From Chiloscyllium plagiosum (lineage: Eukaryota), in NCBI RefSeq assembly GCF_004010195.1, contig NC_057728.1, positions 54,040,710-54,104,709 of the forward strand: 64,000 nucleotides of DNA, given 5' to 3'. Each line of letters opens with the position of its first letter. Position 1 is the first letter of the stretch. This document shows positions 12,701 through 25,250 of this stretch, one piece after another. The position numbers and the translations under genes were made by a program. The notes under the pieces are model-generated. The model was not told the origin of the DNA and did not search any database. It saw nothing but the letters and a program-made list of their open reading frames with translations.

Positions 12701-14450
12701 CCTTTGTGTGGAACTACAGAAAATGTGGGAGATACTAAATAAGTATTTTGCATCAGTATTTACTGTGGAAAAGGATATGGAAGATATAGAATGTAGGGAA
12801 ATAGATGGTGACATCTTGAAAAATGTCCAGATTACAGAGGAGGAAGTGCTGGATGTCTTGAAACGCATAAAAGTGGATAAATCCCCAGGACCTGATCAGG
12901 TGCACCCTAGAACTCTGTGGGAAGCTAGAGAAGTGATTGCTGGGCATCTTAATGAGATACTTATGTCATCGATAGTCACAGGGGATGTGCCGGAAGACTG
13001 GAGGTTGGCTAACGTGGTGCCACTGTTTAAGAAAGGTGGTAAGAACAAGCCAGGGAACTATAGACCGGTGAGTCTGATGTCAGTGGTGGGCAAGTTGTTG
13101 GAGGGAATCCCGAGGGGAAGGATGTACATGTCTTTGGAAAGGCAAGGACTGATTAGGGATAGTCAACACGGCTTTGTATGTGGGAAATCATGTCTCACAA
13201 ACTTGATTCAGTTTTTTGAAGAAGTAACAAAGACAATTGATGAGGGCAGAGCAGTAGGTGTGATCTATAAGGACTTCAGTAAGGCATTCAACAAGGTTCC
13301 CATGGGAGACTGGTTAGCAAGGTTAGATCTCATGGAATACAGGGAGAACTAGCCATTTGGATACAGAACTGGCTCAAAGGTAGAACACAAAGGGTGGTGG
13401 TAGAGGATTGTTTCTCAGACTGGAGGCCTGTGACCAGTGGAGTGCCACAAGGATCGGTACTGGGTCCACTACTTTGCATCATTTATATAAATGATTTGGT
13501 TGTGAGCATAAGAGGTATAGTTAGTAAGTTTGCAGATGACACCAAAGTTGGAGGTGTAGTGGAGAGTGAGGAAGGTTACCTCAGATTACAATAGGATCTT
13601 GATCAGATGGGCCAATGGGCTAAGAAGTGGCAGATGGAGTTTAGTTTAGATAAATGTGAAGTGCTGCATTTTGGGAAAGCAAATCTTAGCAGGACTTATA
13701 CACTTAATGGTCAGGTCCTGGGGAGTGTTGCTGAACAAAGAGACATTGGAGTGCAGGTTCATAGCTTCTTGAAAGTAAAGTCGTAGGTAGATAGAAAGTG
13801 AAGAAGGCATTTGATATGCTTTCCTTTATTGGTCAGAGTACAAGAGTTGGGAAGTCATATTGCGGATGTACAGGATTGGTTCGGCCACTGTTGGACCATT
13901 GCGTGCAATTCTGGTCTCATTCCTATCGGAATGATGTTTTGAAACTTGAAAGGGTTCAGAAAAGATTTTCTAGAATGTTGCTAGGGTTGGAGGATTTGAG
14001 CTATAGGGAGAGTTTGAATAGACTTGGACTATTTTCTCTGGAGGGTCGGAGGCTGGGGGGGTGGTGGTGACCGTAGAGAGGTTTATAAAATCATGACGGG
14101 CATGGATAGGATAAACAGACAAAGTCTTTTCTCTGGGGTGGGAGAGTCCAGAAGTCGAGGGCATAGGTTTAGGGTGAGAGGGGAGAGATGTGAAATAGAC
14201 CTAAGAGGCAACTTTTTCACGCAGAGGGTGGTACGTGTATGGAATGAGCTGCCAGAGGAAGTGGTGGGGGCTAGTACAATTGCAACATTTAAAAGGCATC
14301 TGGATGGGTAAATGAATAGGAAGGGTTTAGAGGGATGTGGGCCAGGTGCTGGCTGGTGGGACTAGATTGGGTTGGGATATCTGGTCAGCATGGACGACTT
14401 GGACCAAATGGTCTGATCTGTGCTGTACATCTCTATAACTCTGTGGCTCT
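9740..14450 (+). mobile_element. Near full-length, inactivated CR1 (HER1-like) LINE: 5' UTR, ORF1 (Cys-rich finger + SGNH esterase), ORF2 (APE + RT), 3' tail
   Basis: ORF1 pieces: ICSSCQMWE..YICNKC, IVLGDSLV, CCFPGARIKDV, VIVHIGTNDI, and DGLHLN near 11350. ORF2 pieces: YRPPNS, GDFNFPNIDW, NDHNSIRF, YRPVSLMS, SGVPQGSVLGP, KFADDTK, RVWNELPEE. Several stops and frameshifts; ends in ctctataactctgtggctct. Confidence 0.95.
11013..11279 (+). repeat. 134/133-bp tandem duplication inside CR1 ORF1
   Basis: 11013-11146 and 11147-11279 both run ttacagagtgttacgcagg...gctgaggagctggt; they differ by one substitution and a 1-bp indel. Confidence 0.95.
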
Positions 14451-15463
14451 AAATAGGTTATACAAATTAGATTACAGCTCCAAACGTCCCTTCTGGTGAA
14501 ACGTTTAATAGGGACATGCAGACTAGTGTCAGAGAATGCAAGAAATGTCTTTTTGGAATGGAGTATCTCTATTGGGAACAATATTAGTTAGGATATTACA
14601 ATATTAGTTAATAATAGAAAAATATTAGCAAATATTAACAAGATGAGTTGAGATTTGAGATATTCCTTTATCCACAGCTGTACCAGGTCAGTGGCCCTAG
14701 GCAGGAGAATGCTGGTAAAAATAATTAAAGGTAAGTGCCCAGACCAAATACCATCGGGAAAATTGCAGGAAAGTGCAGGGGCCTTGTTGACTTCAGGAAA
14801 TGTGGAAATTGCAGGTGTTCCATCCATGAATCTCTATTCATTCTAATTGGCAGCTTTCTCAGCAACTGCTTGTGACACACATGAATCTGAGCTGAGAGTA
14901 TAAACTTACAGCAATTATCTTAATATGTATGCAAATAATCAATCTCACTTGATAAGAACAAAACTACATGTTGTGATTGGGATACAAATTAAGGCAAGAA
15001 AACAAAATCTATTGCATCGTGCCAGTCTGAAGGTTGAGTGTGTCAATGTGGAAATACAGTGCCATAATGGTACCATAGTGGTTTATAGTTTATATTAATT
15101 TAGTTGTAAATAAACTCACCAAAGATCTCCAAGTTAGTGAAATTGACACACTTCATTTGTATTATATTTTGATAGCACCAGAATATTATCACAGTTACTA
15201 TTTTGTTTTGTCTTGCACCATCATTCTTTTTGCCTTTAATCGCTCCTGCCCTCCACCATAATACAGACCTTTGTTTGCTGACAGGGTAATTAAAACTGTT
15301 TAAAATTGGCTGCAAAGTACTTTGGGACTTCCTGAGATCATGAGAGATGCTATATAAATGTAAATGCTTTTACCCGTTTTGTTGCTTCCTCCTCCCTCTC
15401 TCCACTCATTACATCTTTTCTCCCTGACTCTGAACTTTTACTTCTTAATCTCCAATAACTTTC

Positions 15464-15600
15464 AGTTCTGATGAAGGGTCATTGACCTGAAACATTAACT
15501 CTGCTTCTCTCTCCTTGGATGTTGTTGGACATGTTGAGTATTTTCAGCACTTTCTCTTATTGTTTCAGATCTCCAGTACATGCATCATTTTGTTCTTGTC
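15464..15600 (+). mobile_element. Penelope-like terminal-repeat remnant with hammerhead-like core
   Basis: CTGATGAA-GGGTC-att-GACCT-GAAAC at about 15468-15493 followed by the family 3' flank; the stem III palindrome is mutated (gaaacatt). Confidence 0.7.
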
Positions 15601-15680
15601 TTAGATTTTGTTTCTCCTTTCGCTAAAATGATGATGTATATTTGTTCATCTTCAGTAAAACTCTCTGACACCTGTCAATC

Positions 15681-15922
15681 ATGATGTGGAGGTGACATTG
15701 TTGGACAGGGATGGACAAACTCAGAATTCACATGGCACTAGGTTATGGTCCAACGGGTTTATTTGAAATCACAAGTTTTGAAGCAGTGCTCCTTCATGAG
15801 GTGACATGGGGGGAAGCTTCCCTCTACTGCTCCTGACAAAGGAGCAACACTGCAAAAGCTTGTGAGTTCAAAAGCATCTTTTGGACTATAACTGGTGTCG
15901 TGTGACTTCTGATCTTGTAAAC
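15681..15922. mobile_element. Inverted pair of Penelope-like terminal repeats (family with GGAGC..GCTCC stem II)
   Basis: 15681-15803(-) and 15832-15922(+) are diverged opposite-orientation copies of the element seen on + at 23790-23910. Confidence 0.7.
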
Positions 15923-16959
15923 CACTAATGGAAACTCAAAAGCAGAAGTAACAAAATGCACACAGTACTCTGATCTAAATGCCATTTGAGTAATGTAAAC
16001 TTACAAAGGCAAGTTTGTTGACACAATCCCAAATTTGGTCATATAACAGAAGTCAGAAAAAATTGTGATTTTTTTTCACTGTGCATTCATTTGCACTTTG
16101 CAGATTAAGTCTTAACCTGCAGTAATAGATAAAATAATTTATGCCACAAATTGCAGAATGTTCAGTTTGACTGTAGTTTTTATATTTAAACACATGGCTT
16201 TATATCTATTTCCTTCATATTAAGTGCCATTGTCATTAATGAGGCGCAGTTTAAAAAGTGCCAAATACAATTGTAACTCAAAGTAAACTGTATCTGAAGA
16301 AGTAAACTTTTAAGTGTGGCTGCTTTCCAATCTACACTTGTGACATAAAACTTTCCACAGAACCTTGGCTCGTAAACAAAACAAATATTTGTTATTTTAT
16401 GAGCCTTAATTGTGTGGAAGGTTATGTGACAGAGCTATAGCAGGGCTACAGTGATATGATCTAAAGTGTTCTCAGCACAATGAAAAGCTGCAAATTGATA
16501 TGTTGGACTTCTCAATTGCAGGAACAGATGTAGAATGACAAAAGACCATTTGATCAATCGATGCCTGCTGTGTTCACAGGCCTTGTTCACAATCTCAGCC
16601 ACTGAAGTCAGTTCAGTTCATAGTACACTAACTCTGACTCATGAAAGTTTGAGAGTTGGACTTCAGGCGTAAACTAAATTGATGCTTCAAAGCAACAGTT
16701 CAAATTGATATCATACCATCTTCAACGGACTGCAAGTGCATTACAGCCATTTCTTGTTGCAGAAGGTAATGGTTCTGAAAGGGTTAATGTTTGCAATTAT
16801 GTTGGGCTCCATCCAGCCTAATGATGTTACATGGTCTTTGAATGGAAAAGAAGCAATCTAGCACAAGGTTCCAATGGAGGCTGAAGTCTCATCACTGACT
16901 CCTGATTGTCTTTGTAGTTATTCTTAACTAGACAAAGTAAAGGATCCAATAGAAACAAC

Positions 16960-17450
16960 CAGTAAAACAAATGTCATTTACAAAATACCATCCAAACACA
17001 ATATCAGACAAACAGGCAGGAAACTAGCCACCAGAATACACGAATGCCAACTAGCCACAAAAAGACATGAGCCACTATCACTAGTATCCTTGCATATAGA
17101 TGAAGAAGGACACCACTTTGACTGGGACAACACATCCATCCTAGGACAAGCCAAATAGTGACATGCATGAGAATTCCTAGAAGTATAGCATTCCAATCGA
17201 AACTCTATCAACAAACACATTGGTTTGGACCCTATCTACCACCCTCTGAGAAAAAGGACAGGAAATTACATCGCCTTAAGAAACAAGACTCATAAATAGA
17301 AAGTGGGACATAACACTAGCGCTTCACCGGAGACTCATTGATGATGTTGCCTAGTATGGTGACGAAACGTCTGAAAATGAACCTTCCAGCTCAGCAAGCA
17401 AACTTACATCCAGAACCTCAATCTGAGCTACAAATCTTCTCGAAAATTGC
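16960..17450 (+). mobile_element. Penelope-like element 3' part (GIY-YIG endonuclease remnant + terminal repeat)
   Basis: Translates with lesions as TNVIYKIP..QTGRKLATRIHE.QLATKRHEPLSLVSLHIDEEGHHFDWDNTSILGQAK. Hammerhead-like motif at 17334-17375 (tTGATGA tgttgcc tagtat ggtgac GAAACGTC, C3 mutated). Confidence 0.85.
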
Positions 17451-17569
17451 TAAGGAGATTTTGGGGTTTATTTTGTCAAAAGACAAGGACTCCCATGAGT
17501 TCGCTGGGACGAAAGATGCACAAATATCAGCTTCTTTGAACAGGCCAATATCCCTAGCACTGAGGTACT

Positions 17570-18030
17570 GACCCCCCCTTAATCATCTACAATGGGCTGA
17601 GCACGTCGACCACATGATCGGCATGAGACTCCCCAACCAGGTGCCCTACTCCCAGCTTCAAAACAGCAGCCAAGCCCCAGGAGGACAGAGAAAATGCTTC
17701 AGGTATATCCTCAAGGCCTCAATGGTGAAGTGCAGCATTCCCACAGAAATCTGGTAATCACCAGCTTAAGACCATCCAAAGCAGAGGGAGAACATCTGGG
17801 AAGGCGTCAAGCACCATGAGACTTGCCGCTGAGAGAAAGCGGAATCCAAGGGGAAACAGCAAAAGGAGCACATTGCCACATCAACACATCCCACCCTTTC
17901 CTTTCCCATGACCATCTTCTGCCCCAAGGGTAAAAGAGCCTGTGGAAGCTGCATCGGACAGTACAGCCACCCATGGACTCCCCCTGAGAGTGAAGAGAGT
18001 CATCCTCATCTGCGAGGGATTGCCACTGAT
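17570..18030 (+). mobile_element. RTE-clade LINE C-terminal fragment
   Basis: Translates as LQWAEHVDHMIGMRLPNQVPYSQLQ...PGGQRKCFRYILKASMVKCSIPTEIW...CPKGKRACGSCIGQYSH, a decayed RTE C-terminus with terminal Cys/His motif. Confidence 0.75.
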
Positions 18031-18094
18031 GATAATTGCAGACACTGTGAGCTGTGTTTGTAAACCACTGTCAGTTCACTGTATTAATTAAAAG

Positions 18095-18530
18095 GAGGTG
18101 CTGGACAAATCTGGATTGTTTTTGCTAAAGTGTCGAAGGCTGAGGGTCAACCTGACTGAAGTATATAAAATTATAATAGACATGATTAGGGTGTATAGTC
18201 AAATACTAAGGGGCATAGGTTTAAAGCGAGAGAGGAAAAGTTTAAAGGAGAAGTGCAAGGAGAGGTTTTCACACAGAAAGATAGGCGCCTGGAACGCACT
18301 GCCAAGGGAGGTGGTAGAACGACATATAGAACTGTACATCACAGTACGCGGACCCGATAGTGTGCCGATATGTTAGCAGAGTTTAAAGGGCATTTAGACC
18401 GACGCATGAACAGTTAGGGAATTGAGGGATGCCGACCATGTGCAGGCACATGGGATTCGTTTCAAACAGCTTCACAGTCCTGGAGGGCTGAGGGACCTGT
18501 TCCTGTGCTGTACTCTTCTGTGTTCTATGC
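18095..18530 (+). mobile_element. Decayed CR1 LINE 3' end
   Basis: ORF 18098..18376 RRLRVNLTEVYKII...AWNALPREVVE plus CR1 tail. Confidence 0.8.
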
Positions 18531-19209
18531 TTTGATAGGAAATCGCATGTTAAAATGCTTTCAATACTATTACCCCATGTCTATCTCTCTGGCCGCCAAT
18601 AGTTGTAACTTTCTAACAGTTTCTACAGAAATCAATGAAACTTTTTCTTCAGATTCTTGGGAACACGCAAAACATTTCTAACTTAGCATGTGTTAACACT
18701 GCGACATCTGTTTTCTAGAACATAACACAATGAAGCTCTGTTTCAGGAACACACTTCACAAAAGACAGAATGTCCTAACAGGCCTTCATTGTTTCTTTTG
18801 ACATTTACTCTCCTGTTTCAGAAAACAAAATTCTTTTCCTGTCCAAAATTCTGCTTAATTGGAAAATTACCCTGAAAATACTAATAGGCTTAGCTCAGCT
18901 TAGTGTCATTCCACTGTTGACTTTATGTTTGATTACTATTTCTAAAGGCAATGTTCCCATTAAGTCCCCCCTTGTTCCTGTTTCCTTTGTGACAGCAGTC
19001 ATATGATTCAAAATTACTGGGAAATTATGTTGTTTCCTATTCAGGTGGACAGCAAAAACAGTGACCACCCTTGCACTGTCCCAAAGATCTTTGAGATTGC
19101 TGACAGACTGCAGTGATATGCAGGAAAGATGGTGTATGGTGAGTTGGATGATTAAGTAGAGATGACAGGATAACAGAGACCAGAATTGGGGAAGAGTCAG
19201 AAAGGATGC

Positions 19210-19530
19210 CATAGAATCCCTTCAGTGCGGAAGCAAGCCATTCAGCCCATAGGGTCCACACTGATCCTCCAAAGAGCATCACACCCAGACCCACCTATCC
19301 CTGCAGATCTTACGGCTAACCCAACTAGCCTGCACAATTTAGCATGGCCAATACACCCTATCCTGCACATCTTTGGGCTGTGGAAGGAAACTTGAGAACC
19401 CAGCGGAGACCCATACAGACAGAGGGAGAATGTGCAAACTTCACACAGACAGTTGCCTGAAAGTGGATTCGAAGCCAGTTCCCTGGTGCTATGAGACATC
19501 AGTGCTGACAGCTAAACCACCGTGCAGCCC
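19210..19530 (-). mobile_element. HE1-type SINE
   Basis: Reverse-complement match to 3367-3696 from tRNA-like head to tail. Confidence 0.85.
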
Positions 19531-19611
19531 CAGTGTGAGGAAGTGGTATTCAGAATGTTTAGCTAAAGTGTCCTCCCATCTTGAATTGTGGAATGTAAGA
19601 TGCCGGAAGGG

Positions 19612-19935
19612 GAACATAGGAGGAGGCCATTCAGTCCACAAGCCTGATCCACTATTCAATACAATTGTGGCTGATGATCCATTTCAATGCTTTTTCCCAT
19701 ATTATCATCATAACCCTGTATTTAATTGACAGCACAGCAGGTCAGGCAGCATCTAGGGAACAGAAGATTCGACGTTTCGGGCACATGCCCTTCTTCAGGA
19801 ATCAGCCCATAGAATCAGAACATAGGAGGAGGCCATTCAGTCCTCAAGCCTGATCCACTATTCAATACAATTGTGGCTGATCATCCATTTCAATGCTTTT
19901 TCCCATATTATCATCATAACCCTGTATTTAATTGA
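19612..19935. repeat. 118-bp direct duplication flanking an 88-bp Penelope-like insert
   Basis: 19612-19729 and 19818-19935 differ at 2 of 118 positions; the spacer 19730-19817 is a PLE terminal-repeat fragment on the minus strand. Confidence 0.95.
19766..19803 (-). ncRNA. Minimal type I hammerhead ribozyme motif (PLE-associated), core intact
   Basis: Minus strand GAUUC-CUGAAGAA-GGGC-AUGU-GCCC-GAA-ACGU-C-GAAUC: 5-bp stem I, CUGANGA plus one extra A, 4-bp stem II, GAAA, loopless palindromic stem III, GUC cleavage triplet. Expression and activity are not shown. Confidence 0.75.
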
Positions 19936-20064
19936 TACTTAGAAATCCATTAATCTCTATTTTAGCATACTCAGTGACTGATCCATAGCCTCCGAGGTAC
20001 AGGATACCAAAGATTCACAATCACCGAGTGAAAAAAAATTACCCTGGTCTAAGACCTAAATGAC

Positions 20065-20413
20065 TTATTCATTCACAGGATAAAGGCATTGCTGTCTAGG
20101 CCATCACTATTACCCATACTTAATTGCCCAGAGGGCAGTTAAAAATCAACTACATTGCTGTTGGACTAGAGTCACATGAAGGCCAGGATATCAGATTTCT
20201 GTCCCTAAAGGCATTAGTGAACCAGACGGGTTTTTCCCCAACAATCAGCAATGGATTCATGGTCACCATTAGACTCTTTAATGCCAGATATTTATTGAAT
20301 TCAAATTCCACCATCTGATGTTGCAGGATTTGAACCCAGGTCCCGAGAACATTATCTGGGTCTCTGGGTTAATAGCCCAGCTATATATAATACCATTAGG
20401 CCATCACCTCCCC
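20065..20413 (-). mobile_element. Second tRNA-headed SINE family (SINE-B)
   Basis: Reverse complement begins gggaggtgatggcctaatgg and has GGTTCAAATCC. Related copies lie at about 8790-9420(-), 36832-38113(-, interrupted), 38840-39128(+), 42277-42612(+), 43615-43905(+) and 52372-52698(+). Confidence 0.8.
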
Positions 20414-20565
20414 TACAATATAATTAAAAGGATTAAAAGACGCAGGTAAGATTTTTCCTTTGGTGTGGAGAGTTTAAAACCAGAGGATATCATTTCAATA
20501 TGAGTCATTTAGGTCTTAGACCAAGGTAATTTGTTTTCACTCAAGGAATTGTGAATCTTTGGAAT

Positions 20566-20920
20566 CACGCACACTCTCACATGCACACTCTCTCTCTCTC
20601 ACACACGCACACTCTCACACACACACAGACAAATGCACACTCTCTCTCACACACACGCGCACACTCTCACATGCACACTCTCACACACACAGACACACGC
20701 ACACTCCCACACACACACACACTCTCACACACACACGCGCACATTCTCACATGCACTCACACACATACAGACACACACACTCTCTCACAGACAGACACAC
20801 ACGCACACTCTCTCACACACACACTTGAACACTCTGTCACACACACAGACACACACGCGCACACACACACAGACATATATACACACACACATGCACATAC
20901 TCTCACACACAAAAACACAG
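20566..20920. repeat. Compound (CA)n/(CT)n microsatellite
   Basis: Interrupted CA/CT dinucleotide runs with a recurring cacgcacactctcacatgcacactctc block; explains the His/Thr-rich ORFs. Confidence 0.95.
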
Positions 20921-22108
20921 ATATGTGGTTGTGGCTGAAAGCCTCAAATTTGCACAGTTCTGTGATGGAGATAGTCCTGGAACCATTGTGGCCCACCATC
21001 TGTTGGGAGCCTATGTGACTTTATTAAAATACTGCCAACCTCATCAAACTGCCTCCCAACAGGCAACTAATTGCTGACTACTGCAATGGGTAGGCCACTG
21101 CTGCTAGTTTGATCCTGCCTCCAGCAAGATCTCTTAGAGGCCAGATAGTTCCTGGGAGACATTTTACTCCTGGTCCTGCCTTCTAATTAGGAACATTTAG
21201 TCCACTTTGAGTAGACCAAAATGGCAGCTTAACTTCTATTTATGTTAATCACCTTTATTTTACTTTTTCCACATGATTACCCTCTGGCTCTTTCATATCA
21301 ACCGTCATCATTTGGTTGATTTGGCTGGTGATTTCACAGTCAGATGCCCTGCCTCTAAACCTTCTGCCACCAAAGAGGGCCACAGGCCAGTACTGTACCA
21401 ATACACACTGGCTTCCCTACACCAGTGGACCGGTTTTCTCAATCCAGCAAGTCCTGGAATAGTTTTTGAACCAACAACCTTTTCGTTGAAAGGTAGAGAG
21501 CTATCCACGGAGGCAAACCAACTTCCTTAGTAACACCAATCGCCAAGGGCAATTAGTGAACCAAGAGGATCCAAATCATTGGAAAGATTTTAGTATTCAA
21601 CTGGAACATGCTGGAATGTATTGAAAAGCAAACTTGATGAACACAGATGTTGGAAATGAAAGGTGAGCCTTTCACAATCTAAAATCCTGAAAGAGCAGCC
21701 TTTTGTTGTGGTGGAAGTGGGGCTGTATCGGATGTCACAGTGAATGGTGTGGAGTGGAGTGGATTGTGCATTGACCTCAATGGAATTGAGAATCGGCTGC
21801 TGAACAACAATTTTCCATCTTGACAATAGTTAAAATGGCTCCCCAAGTCACATGACTATCTGCTGACCATTCCTATTCTACAACTAGCAGACTTCCCACA
21901 GCATTGCTCACTGCCCAATTAGAATCTAGAAAGTCACTTTGAGTTTTGGGCTTGTTCCTTCAAAGCCAAGAACTCCTTTGGGAATAGGCATTTGTAAATT
22001 GCTGAACTTGATTAGTAAGTTCCACAGGGTCTGTAAATGTCAAACTCCAGATTAATGACTGGCCTTCTATTCATCTTGAAGATAGCTTTTGCATCTGCGT
22101 GATGTCAG

Positions 22109-22320
22109 AAATGTGACAACTAGAATGTCACACCTGAAGTGTGAGGTCTAAATGTGACAACCATCTGCTAGGCCTCTAACCTTTACGAGGTTCACGAGCT
22201 GATCTCCTATGGTATTGCTCACGGTGAGTCAGATATTGTGCTAAAGTGTGGTGCCTAAAGTGTGAAGTCTGAAGTGTGACAGTAAAGTGTGACAATTAAC
22301 GTATGACGGAAAGTGAGTGT
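22109..22320. repeat. Degenerate 13-14-bp-period AAGTGTGA motif cluster
   Basis: AAGTGTG(A/G) at 22137, 22244, 22258, 22272 and 22285, AATGTGAC at about 22110 and 22151, and TCACACCT at 22128-22135. Confidence 0.7.
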
Positions 22321-23789
22321 GCCATTTATCAGTATGTGCCTTGGGAATAACTATATTTTAGACAGTCAGTGTATTGTGGCTTGTTTGCTATTTTGCAATC
22401 CAATACAGATCATAAAATGTTTCTCCCCTTATACTTGAAGATGTTATAATGAGCAGAATATGTGTCATGAACAATCAGCTATCATTAGGCCTGGCTAATC
22501 TTTTATTGCACCCCCTCCGCCAACTCTGAAGCACCTTCCTTCAACCCAATTTATGCACCATTGACTTCTGAATCTAATGCCACCAATGTATGCTCCATGC
22601 TAGAATTGTAGACCTTCACTTCATTAAAATTCCCACTTGCTTTGAGGACCATTGACATTGGGGCTACCTGGACATTCCGAACTAGTGCTTGTTAACAGTG
22701 GCTTGGCAACATTATGAGAGGCACACTCCAAATTAGCTGCAATTCGAAACCTTGGAGGTACCAATTCAAAACATTAATCAGTTTTTAAAATAAGGAGACC
22801 GAGGGTTGATGTGGTGAGGCTTCTGGGAGGATCACTGGGGACATGGGGACAATTGGATCATACAATGTCTGAGATTCCCAATGGTAGCAGACCAATACAG
22901 TTCCTTCCTATTTTACAAGATCCCTAACCTCCTCTACCACCAGCCAAGTACTACACATTCTGCACTTAGTTTCTTCACAACTTTTTAATAAATTTCTACA
23001 TTGTTTTGAAGAACATAAGAAAATGTTGACTTTCTTGCTTCACATTTATCATTTTCATTAACACAAATCTTTTAACTTGATTTGCAACAGATCTATCCCT
23101 TGTTGTGCTTTTTACTGGGAAACTGACTACATTAATTAACTTTCCCTGAATGTTCAAAGGGAGAAAACATTACCAGAACAAATAATTGCATGGTTAATTA
23201 ATGGAGTAATCAGTCTTCCTGTGAAGCACTCATCGAAATGGATAATACGTAGCTGGCTCTAACTAATTTGTAAGTATTAATGAATTCCAAGGCTTGAATC
23301 CAATAGGAATGAGTTCCATTTTCCACTGAACAACAGAACCTTGAAGAATGTTGACCGATAAATCAACAAATCCATGTGCACCCATCTCTCAGTTGATTCT
23401 TGTAGCAGTGATGTTGACCCATTTGAGCAGAACAGCAAGGAGAAAGCTTGGAAAGTACATGTAGCAATATCCACTTCAGTTAATATACAATGCCAGTGGA
23501 AATGGAAGATTTGGGATGACCACTGGACAGACAGAGAGAAGATTAATTTTTCTTAATAGAATGAGCATCTGGAACACACTACCTGAAAGGACATTAGAAG
23601 CAGAGGCAATAGTAACTTTTAAAAATGAATTGGAAATGGAAAGTTTTGGAAAATTGTGGGAATAGATTTTGGGGGAATGAGATGAATCAGATAAACATCT
23701 AAGGAAAGATATAAGATCCAGAGAGGTGTTGACAGCTTAATTGTGGAGGGAAAGTTTCCTCTTGTGGGAGAAATTAGAACAAGGGGTTA

Positions 23790-23910
23790 CCTAATGAAGG
23801 AGCAGCACTCTGAAAGTTAGTCTTCCAATTAAACCTGTTGGACTATAATCTGGTGTTGTGTGATTTTTAACTTTGTCCACCCCCGTCCAACACCGGCACC
23901 TCCACATCAT
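23790..23910 (+). mobile_element. Penelope-like terminal repeat with degenerate hammerhead core
   Basis: ctaatgaa-ggagcagcactct-gaaagtta followed by aaacctgttggactataatctggtg...ctccacatca; same family as 15681-15922. Confidence 0.7.
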
Positions 23911-24605
23911 TGTTGAAAACTGGTCAAAACAATGATTTTTTTTCTCTCTCTCAGAAGGTCATGACCTCTCTTTCTGAAAAGGCGGCAGAGCAGTGAAAAT
24001 ACTCTAGTTATGCGAAGAGCTGCAAGGTTATTGGAATGAGAATTTGAAATTAGAATCGGATCAATCATGATCTCATTGAATGGTGGAGCAGGCTCAAGGA
24101 GCTAAGTTGCCTGTTCCTGCTCCTTGTTCAAGTGGAAATGACCAGACTGATCCCTTCTATGGTGGGATGGTCTTGTAGGAAGAACTAAAGCAACTGGGCC
24201 TGTACTCTCCCACCATAAACAAGTTCAACAAATTCAGCACAGATCAAGGTCTCACCACAAGACTTTCCTGGTTTGTTTGGCCCAATGGAAAATTCATTGG
24301 AAAAATCCACTGTAACTTTGCAAGAAGTTGTATTGACCCATATTTGATCTTAAAATTTGTACTCCAACTGTCAATGACAATGCATTGGCAAGATTCTGCA
24401 TTGCCTTATAAATGTTCTGGGCTTAGGAACATGTAGGAAACACTAGAAGAGAGAGCAGCCTGATGGACGTAGATTTCTCTTGGTGTTGCTGTTTTCTAGT
24501 TAATGTTTTGGAAGCAGAAGCTGTGGGCATTTATTGTCTGTCCCAAATAAGTAGTATTAAGCCTTCCTCTGGATGGGGGTTTGACAGAACTGAGTCCCAT
24601 CCTAG

Positions 24606-25250
24606 TGTTATAGATCAGACCTAACCACCTTAAAACATATTAAGAAGATCACCTAGACTCTAACCTTTTCTTATTTTAAAGATAATTGGAAGGTATTGTG
24701 TTTCAGATGCAATTCGATTGATCAAACTACTCAACGTTAAGCAGAACACACTTTAATTTTCCATGACAGTTGAAATACAGACAAGATAAAAATTAAAAAA
24801 AAATTGGCTTAACTGTAACTCCATTGAAATTCTTAACAAAATAATATATATTAGCCAAGACTAATTAACTGTTCCAATATCCCATGTAACATCCCATGAA
24901 CACACACTTGGCAAAGACAAATTCAGTAAAATAGATCATCTCGCATGCAATTCTAGCAGCAGGAAAAAAACTCCAGCTTTTAGCTGTGGCAGAGAGAGAA
25001 ATGGAAGCTTCCACATTCAGTTTCAAGACCACAGCAAGCACTGAAAGCTAAAACTAAAGATCTTGGTTCTGTGGGAGTCTGACACCACCCATTCAGACTG
25101 CTTCTATTGTTCCAACTGTAAAAAAAACCAAAGTCCTCACAAGCTGTTTACTTTATTGGTCTCAAGCAGACTGTTCAGCATCTCTGTATCAACCTTCCTT
25201 CATCGAACAAAAGGACAAAATACATCTCTTAAAGCCATAGTATTGTTACG
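24606..25250. mobile_element. Probable solo LTR
   Basis: Starts TGTTA and ends TGTTACG (CA to CG?), flanked by ctag/ctgg (imperfect 4-bp TSD); interrupts a SINE-B-like remnant that resumes at 25251. Confidence 0.45.

Noticed and set aside
12318..13352. Functional reverse transcriptase gene
   Set aside because: Fragment of a CR1 ORF2 broken by stops and frameshifts on both sides.
14575..14640. Short aatattag repeats
   Set aside because: Brief AT-rich low-complexity stretch with no further structure.
20551..21018. His/Thr-rich ORFs
   Set aside because: Translations of a CA/CT microsatellite.
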